Assembly (NCBI GenBank): GCA_963775935.1
Contig: CAVZKR010000003.1
Location: 321,012 to 385,011, forward strand
Direction of reading: 5' to 3'
From: an uncultured Chloroflexia bacterium
GTDB taxonomy: Bacteria; Chloroflexota; Dehalococcoidia; GIF9; UBA5629
DNA: 64,000 nucleotides
Position 1 is the first letter of the stretch; each line of letters opens with the position of its first letter. Position numbers and translations under genes: made by a program. The notes under the pieces are model-generated. The model ran no database searches. It was not told where the DNA came from and saw only the letters and a program-made list of their open reading frames with translations. Below, piece by piece: positions 58,280-64,000 of this stretch.

Positions 58280-59566
58280 ATGAATAAATCAAGATTTTTA
58301 ACAATTTATTTGTGTCTTACAGTCCTGTTTACACTGGTTCTATCGTTCTCCTGCGTAAAAGTTGCACCAAAGTCTATCGCGCCTACCGTCAGTATTACCT
58401 CACCCAATGGCGATGAGAAATGGGATACAGGTTCCAACCAGATCATCACTTATACGATGACCGGGACTGGGATTTCCAAGGTGAAAATAGAGTACTCTAT
58501 GGATGGTGGTTCCAGATGGTTCATTATTTCGTTCACTGCAGGAACTGGCTCGTGCAGCTGGAAAATACCCGATATTCCGACTGTAAATTGCCTTGTAAGA
58601 ATTACCCTCTTGGATGCGGGTGATACAATTCTAGCCCAGGATACAAGCAACCGGCCTTTCAGTATTGTTAAACCCGGCGTTGCTCTACAGCCTCCAGCAG
58701 CCGCAACAATCTTTCCACGCATTGTGACACCTGCCCCGGGACAGATGTCAGCTTCTGATAAACAGGCAGCCATAAGTAGCGCTACCACTCAAATTAACAG
58801 AGTAATAGCATACAGTCTATCATGTGCCAAGGAGTCGTTGCCGAAAAATCCCCATTTACAGAGCGAGTATAAAACCCAAATAGCCATTCTTCAAGATCCC
58901 GATCTATATAACAAAATAGTAAAGGGTAATTTTTTTGTGGTGGATTCCTATTCTTCAAGCAACGGGGCAAAGATTCTCATAGTGGCTACTTACACCGCGG
59001 AAAGTATGCGCGATGAAGCGAATTACGCATTGCAAATAGTTAAGATGTCAATGCCCGTTCTGGAAGCCTTTATGTCCGTTCCTTATCCTTCAAGTAACTA
59101 TTACATCTGGTACGGATTTGATTTAGGGAATTCCGGTGGCACAGGTCTTATGTACATGGAAGACCAGAAGGTATATGAATCCAGATGGAAGCCGCCTATG
59201 GTCCCTTATGTACCGATTATATGCCATGAATTATCACACACTTATATTGGGCATGAAGGATTAAACCAATTCTTGGAAATATACACATCCAATTTAATTG
59301 CCGGTCATACCGCGTCTTTTAGCGATTGGATTTATTTACGTGATTACAAGACATGGCAGGGGACAAAAACAGGCTATGCCGCTGTACTTGATATATACCA
59401 GTTGATTGGCCTTGATACCATTCAAAAAGCTTACCGTGAGATCTATAAAATTAAACCTCCCTATGGTCAGAATCTTTCTGCACAGTGCAAACAGGTTTTT
59501 ATTGACCAGTCGCCTTCAAACCTTAAATCGCAGGTATCAGCTATAGTTGCAAATATAACTTATTGA
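58280..59566 (+). CDS. lipoprotein with an N-terminal Ig-like domain and an HExxH metallopeptidase-like domain
   Basis: Lipobox LSFSC. The Ig-like segment is GDEKWDTGSNQIITYTMTG...VKIEYSMDGGSRW. Zinc motif ICHELSHTYIGHEG. Confidence 0.7.
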   Translation: MNKSRFLTIYLCLTVLFTLVLSFSCVKVAPKSIAPTVSITSPNGDEKWDTGSNQIITYTMTGTGISKVKIEYSMDGGSRWFIISFTAGTGSCSWKIPDIPTVNCLVRITLLDAGDTILAQDTSNRPFSIVKPGVALQPPAAATIFPRIVTPAPGQMSASDKQAAISSATTQINRVIAYSLSCAKESLPKNPHLQSEYKTQIAILQDPDLYNKIVKGNFFVVDSYSSSNGAKILIVATYTAESMRDEANYALQIVKMSMPVLEAFMSVPYPSSNYYIWYGFDLGNSGGTGLMYMEDQKVYESRWKPPMVPYVPIICHELSHTYIGHEGLNQFLEIYTSNLIAGHTASFSDWIYLRDYKTWQGTKTGYAAVLDIYQLIGLDTIQKAYREIYKIKPPYGQNLSAQCKQVFIDQSPSNLKSQVSAIVANITY

Positions 59567-59800
59567 AATATATTCGCATATAGCCTGTCACGAAAGTTAT
59601 ATTGCTGATTAAGCCAGAATAATTTAGAGTCTGTCTACCGGAGAGTAAAGCTTATGTGCCTCCACTGCATCCAAACACCCTACCGCCTGGCAATACCGTT
59701 TAGTCATCATTAACGCAACCTAACCGCTTGACCTTCTCCACAATCTCACTTATCGTCTCTTGTCGTTTTGGACGGCAAATATATCGAAGGAGAAAGTAAT

Positions 59801-60091
59801 ATGGCAAAAAAGAATATCAAGACAAAGGTAACCAATGATTTGGAATCTAGGGTAACAGTGTTGGAAACGAGAATAGCTGCTTTAGAGATAGTGTCAAAGA
59901 AGTTCACTCGCAAAAAGAGGGAATATACAGATGAACAAAGAGTAGCAATTCGAGCAAGGCTTCTAGCAGGTCAAGAAGCAGCACGAAAACGAAGAGAGAA
60001 TGAAGCCAAAACTACAACTGAGAAGAAGGTAACTACCCAACCTAAGAAAGTTGTCAAAGCCAAGCCAGTACAGCCACCGAAACAATCTTAG
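59801..60091 (+). CDS. Lys-rich coiled-coil protein (96 aa)
   Basis: GAAGGAG lies upstream of ATG 59801, which is more convincing than the track start at 59768. The C-terminal tail is highly basic. Confidence 0.5.
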   Translation: MAKKNIKTKVTNDLESRVTVLETRIAALEIVSKKFTRKKREYTDEQRVAIRARLLAGQEAARKRRENEAKTTTEKKVTTQPKKVVKAKPVQPPKQS

Positions 60092-60143
60092 CTATAGCTT
60101 ACTGAAAGGAGAAGTAATTAATGATAACATTATGTAAAAAGGA

Positions 60144-60190
60144 GACTGGCAGTCAGAAGGTAGTGGGTTCGAATCCCATCAGCTCCACCA
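60144..60190 (+). repeat. attR: 47-bp direct repeat of the tRNA-Ala 3' portion
   Basis: Identical to 46271..46317. The 5' part of the tRNA is absent here. Confidence 0.9.
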
Positions 60191-60406
60191 ATCATAACTT
60201 TCCAACACGAAAAAATTGATACATTCCTTGAGATAACCATTGCTCATGCTCCTCGCATTAGGAGGAAATGACTATGGCTCAGGGATGTATAAAGTGTTCC
60301 TGTAACTTCTTAAGCCCCCGTGTATCCAAGCATTTGATCTTACGGTCTTCCCTAAATGTTTTTCTGTTCTATTTTCATTCTTCAAAGTATTTCTGGAGGT
60401 AATAAT

Positions 60407-61615
60407 ATGAGCAATAACGCAGATATAACACGCCCCGATTCTCCTGTGAAGACAGTTGATTTACCTGTCGATGAAATTGTTCCCGATCCAAATCAACCGC
60501 GTAAAACATGCACCTCTAATGAGATAGACAGCCTGAGACAAAGTATTACTGCAACCGGCCAAATTAGCCCAATAGTGGTGAAGCAGGGCTCTGATGGAAA
60601 ATATGTAATTGTTGTCGGAGAAAGGCGCTGGCGAGCCATAAAAGAGGCAGGTATACCTCATATCAAGTGTATTGTTCGCGATGATATCGACGACCAAAAA
60701 GCGCTGGAAATGCAGCTAGCGGAAAACTGTCAGCGTGAGGATATTGCTCCTCTAGATCAGGCATGGGCTTTTAAAGCATACCTCGAAAATTACGGCGTGT
60801 CACAAAGAGAGCTATCGAGACGCACCGGGATTCCGCAGCGGACCATTTCCGCCAGATTAGCTCTGCTCTCGTTGCCATTGAGCATGCATGCTCAAATTGA
60901 GTCTGGCGATATCGGGCCACATGAAGCTCTGAAGATCTCGGAGTTGCCAGCCGACCAACAGGGAGCTGTAGCTGATGCCGTCGCCACAGGAAGAATAGGT
61001 AGTCGCATACTCGACAATTTGGTCAGTCAAGCCCGAGAGCATCCACAAAAGGCACTGCAGCTAATTCGCGAACTTACTGTGGCACAAAGTTCAGTACCTT
61101 CTTCAGGTGCTATTACTGACATCGACATGCTGGGCGCAGTGACCACGACCCCTGATAGCCCTTGCATTGGAATTGGCAAGAATGAGAGGAAGGAAGAAGT
61201 CGACCTGGAAAATAAGCCTGCCATAGTCAAGCTTCTTTCAGAGATGCGTGCCTTCCTGGACATCGCCACGAAGATAGGCTTGGAAAGGCAAAGGTGTTGC
61301 CCTAATTTGAATGAAGAAGGCTTATGTGGCATGTGGTGTTGGGAAGAAGATGGTGTACGTAAGGGGGTGGGTGAGCTCGTCAAATACAACGGTAATTGGT
61401 ATGTAAGACCGTCGCCGCATCAGTGCGCTCTATGCACGAATGACCTCCTCTTCCAGCTCGTTTATCTAGAAGGTGAAGTAGAGAACACCCCTGCCTCCGG
61501 GTTAAAAAGAGAGTTCAAGTGTGACTGTGGGTCTAGTGGAGAAATAGCAGTAGCTGTGAAATGCACCAAGTGTGATAAAGAGACCTGGTGGGGCTGGTGG
61601 CCTGAAAAGTCTTGA
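60407..61615 (+). CDS. ParB/Srx-fold N-terminal domain protein with HTH and a Cys-rich C-terminal extension
   Basis: TGGAGG lies upstream of ATG 60407. PDPNQPRK...VVGERRWRA (ParB box), HTH VSQRELSRRTGIPQRTIS, and a C-terminal region with 11 Cys residues (CCPNLNEEGLCGMWCW...CALC...CDC...CTKC). Confidence 0.8.
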   Translation: MSNNADITRPDSPVKTVDLPVDEIVPDPNQPRKTCTSNEIDSLRQSITATGQISPIVVKQGSDGKYVIVVGERRWRAIKEAGIPHIKCIVRDDIDDQKALEMQLAENCQREDIAPLDQAWAFKAYLENYGVSQRELSRRTGIPQRTISARLALLSLPLSMHAQIESGDIGPHEALKISELPADQQGAVADAVATGRIGSRILDNLVSQAREHPQKALQLIRELTVAQSSVPSSGAITDIDMLGAVTTTPDSPCIGIGKNERKEEVDLENKPAIVKLLSEMRAFLDIATKIGLERQRCCPNLNEEGLCGMWCWEEDGVRKGVGELVKYNGNWYVRPSPHQCALCTNDLLFQLVYLEGEVENTPASGLKREFKCDCGSSGEIAVAVKCTKCDKETWWGWWPEKS

Positions 61616-61681
61616 TACCAGCACTGAACACGGAGACTAAGGCTGAGTTTAATAGAAGTTGAAGAAAAACGACTGTGAAAA

Positions 61682-62386
61682 ATGAACACGAGTTATCTTG
61701 AACTGTGGGAAATTAAGCTCATGGAAGAAATGGCTAATTGCCTGAGGGACAAGTTGCTTATCAGGCTGCTATTTCGATTGGGCTGTCGTGTCTCTGAGGC
61801 TTTGGCTCTTTCTACGGAAGACATAGACCTTAAGAAGGGCTTGGTTACCATTGTTCACCTTAAAAGCCGACCTAGACTCTTTTGTCCCGATTGCCAAAGC
61901 CGGCTGGGCAAAGGTCACGACTTTTGTCCTAAATGTGGCAACAAGGTAGATAAGAAAATAAGGCAAGAACAGGAGCATCGCAGGTTAAGGAGATTACCTC
62001 TCGACTCGGAGACATTAGGTGTACTGAAGGATTATATGAATCGCGGTGGTCCTGTTTTAAAAAACGGAGCCAGACTGATCTTCGGAATTAACCGTCACCG
62101 CGCCTGGCAAATAATCATAGAATGTGCTGCAAGAGCTGCTTTGCCTAAGTTGCTCAATCCTGATTCGGGAAAGCTCCATAATGTTAGCCCGCATAGATTA
62201 AGAGATGCTTTTGCTGTCCATGCTATGAAGGCGGATGACTCTGGCGACGGGTTGCGATTGCTTCAAGAACATCTAGGCCATACCAGCTTCGATACCACGG
62301 CTAAATATAGAAAAGTAGCCGGGGAAGAGCATCGTCGCTGGTATGAGAAGCTGTGGGAGGAGAGCAATAATGATAGAACTGCTTAG
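61682..62386 (+). CDS. catalytic-domain-only tyrosine recombinase with a zinc-ribbon insertion
   Basis: GCRVSEAL (Arg I), HRLRDAFA (His-x-x-Arg), and LGHTSFDTTAKY (His...Tyr). The insert is CPDCQSRLGKGHDFCPKCGNKV. There is no N-terminal core-binding domain. Confidence 0.8.
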   Translation: MNTSYLELWEIKLMEEMANCLRDKLLIRLLFRLGCRVSEALALSTEDIDLKKGLVTIVHLKSRPRLFCPDCQSRLGKGHDFCPKCGNKVDKKIRQEQEHRRLRRLPLDSETLGVLKDYMNRGGPVLKNGARLIFGINRHRAWQIIIECAARAALPKLLNPDSGKLHNVSPHRLRDAFAVHAMKADDSGDGLRLLQEHLGHTSFDTTAKYRKVAGEEHRRWYEKLWEESNNDRTA

Positions 62387-62882
62387 GCCAAGCAGAGGAG
62401 GTTTCCTTAGGCCCTTTGGCTGCGGCTGGTTCATCAGAGAGTTCCTCATAGGCAATGGGCCACTAGGTTTGCCCATGATAGACCCTAATGAAGGTGCGCC
62501 CCAGGCAGAGATCTTCTACTATTATAAGACTGCTCTTCTCAGAACCATTGCCGAGGACAGAGCTATTCGGGAGGAGGAAAAGTTGGCACGATGCCAGAAG
62601 CGGTCTATTAACCCCGAGAACATTGAGCGACTCTCCAAAAAACATCTAGCCCTGATTCCCTACAAATCCACAAGCTGCCGGTATCATTCCTTTGTGGTCT
62701 ATTTCTCCAATCTGCAGAGATTAGGCTGGGTAGAGGCTACTGGAAAGGAAGAGCCTTCAGCCTTTCAAGACAATTATCCCCAAGGACAACCACGGCGGTA
62801 TTTCCGTCTTACCGCGGCTGGTCTGGCTGCCTCTGATGCCGAATGGGCAGATCCCCAATATGCCCTTTATCATAGGAGATAA
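62370..62882 (+). CDS. hypothetical protein (170 aa)
   Basis: GGAGGAG lies 7 nt upstream of ATG 62370. It overlaps the recombinase 3' end by 17 nt. No motif recognised. Confidence 0.5.
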   Translation: MIELLRPSRGGFLRPFGCGWFIREFLIGNGPLGLPMIDPNEGAPQAEIFYYYKTALLRTIAEDRAIREEEKLARCQKRSINPENIERLSKKHLALIPYKSTSCRYHSFVVYFSNLQRLGWVEATGKEEPSAFQDNYPQGQPRRYFRLTAAGLAASDAEWADPQYALYHRR

Positions 62883-63603
62883 CCGAATGCCCGCAAAGAA
62901 AGAGGCTGCAAGTAATCACAAACTGACAGCCTTTTGCCCTGAGCATCTACTGGAACCGGGGTGAGATGGTGAACTGAGACCTGAAGAATTTTGCTATGTT
63001 AAGCCCCAACTCAAGCAATCACCATTACTGAGAAGACGTTGGGGATTCAGTCCATCGGCCAAGAGGCTCTCCGGAGATAAAATCAAGGCCATTGCCCGGG
63101 ATGGTAAAGCAGCAAATCATAGGCCAGTTTTAGCTTCGGCTGAAAAGAACAAAATCTTGTAGTGGCAGTATTACTCTTAAAAAAGCTCTAGCCCTTTCCC
63201 CCTGGCTGCGAAAACTCGCCTCTGAAATTGTTTGAGCGCTGTAATTGCTACAGAAGCTCCACAGGGTGGCTTTTTGAGGCTTAAGGAAGGGCGCTAAGCC
63301 AGCAGAATAGACTCAAGGCTTCTGCGCTGAGAAGCTTTTGATACACGCCTTGATGATAGATACCTATAGACACGTTCAAAAAAATTTGAATGAGTTTTTA
63401 CGTTCAATCATGTAAATATAGGTTCATCCTAATAATGCACATTAGCGTATTTTGTTCAATAATGAAGCTGCCACATACAAGACAAACACAGAGCACCTTA
63501 ACAACTGAATAGCTGAAGTCCAGAGCCTTGCCTTGTAGCTAATAAAATGCCCTAGCCAGATGAGGCTAGCTAGGGCAAATCTAACAAAGGGAGGGTATCC
63601 ACA

Positions 63604-64000
63604 ATGCTAGACTGGAACAAGTATATCGAGATAGCCAGCAAGTTTCAACGCAAGGCAAAGCCAGAGGATAGACAGGACTTACGGCAAAATATCATCGTGA
63701 GGCTTGCCGAAGTAGAGGCAAAGTATAACGGCAACGGCAACAGCCTTACCGAAGGCGGCATGGTACGAGTCGCCAGCTACACGGTTTTAGAGTATTGGCG
63801 CAATATAATGAGGCTACCGAAGATAACAAGTCTCAATGCTACCGTAGACGATGGCGATGGCAATGAAACAGAGCTGTACCACATGCTAGCCGATGATAAG
63901 GCTGTAGACGTTGAGGCTTGGCTTGATGCCAAACTATGGTTACATAGAGCACCACCGAGGCTGGTTAAAATAGCCTATAAAAAGGTAAGCGGTAAATCAC
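63604..64000 (+). CDS. hypothetical protein, 5' partial in window (possibly sigma-70/ECF-like)
   Basis: AGGGAGG lies upstream of ATG 63604 and the frame is open to the window edge. It is absent from the ORF track because no stop is reached. ...QDLRQNIIVRLAEVEAKY... resembles sigma region 2, weakly. Confidence 0.5.
   Translation, partial: MLDWNKYIEIASKFQRKAKPEDRQDLRQNIIVRLAEVEAKYNGNGNSLTEGGMVRVASYTVLEYWRNIMRLPKITSLNATVDDGDGNETELYHMLADDKAVDVEAWLDAKLWLHRAPPRLVKIAYKKVSGKS

Noticed and set aside
62886-63170. Short ORFs after 62882 (MPAKKEAASNHKLTAFCPEHLLEPG; ...RPEEFCYVKPQLKQSPLLRRRWGFSPSAKRLSGDKIKAIARDGK...)
   Set aside because: Both are under 60 aa and in different frames, with no clear RBS. 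They could be fragments of a decayed gene but cannot be supported.

Overview
The window is a 64-kb stretch of a bacterial chromosome. Gene order and the intergenic repeat families look Chloroflexota/Dehalococcoidia-like, but that taxon call is inference only. About two thirds is ordinary housekeeping. This includes valS (3' end), polX, secA, prs, nth, glyA, a CIRCE-controlled hrcA-grpE-dnaK operon, lspA-rluD, gltX, lepB, mutM-polA, argF, der-plsY-gpsA, dnaJ, and a second heat-shock operon (J-domain protein, hspR, small ORF, clpB). There are three accessory regions. (1) A hotspot at 20.7-29.4 kb holds hicBA, one solitary type I-C-like CRISPR repeat with no array or cas genes, a GC-rich triple-hairpin element, a DUF169 gene, and a roughly 2,024-aa DUF4011/SF1-helicase/REase-like/DUF3320 gene split by a frameshift in an A5 run. 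(2) A 13.9-kb genomic island sits in tRNA-Ala(GGC), bounded by perfect 47-bp direct repeats at 46271-46317 and 60144-60190. It carries a tyrosine integrase and two identical 1,134-bp IS3-family copies, each with its own 4-bp target duplication and each interrupting a gene that can be rebuilt base by base. It also carries an XRE/HNH/AbrB-like/degenerate-AAA+-like cluster and a two-gene dnaE2-like module behind a promoter with a LexA-box-like palindrome. (3) A second mobile-type block follows attR directly. It has a ParB-like protein with a Cys-rich tail, a catalytic-domain-only tyrosine recombinase with a zinc-ribbon insert, and a sigma-like partial ORF, which suggests tandem islands. Two copies of a 112-113-bp MITE-like palindromic element are present; one creates a false N-terminal extension of argF. 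Three tandem mini-membrane-protein genes fall below the ORF-track size cutoff. All calls rest on reading the sequence and ORF translations; no database search was run.
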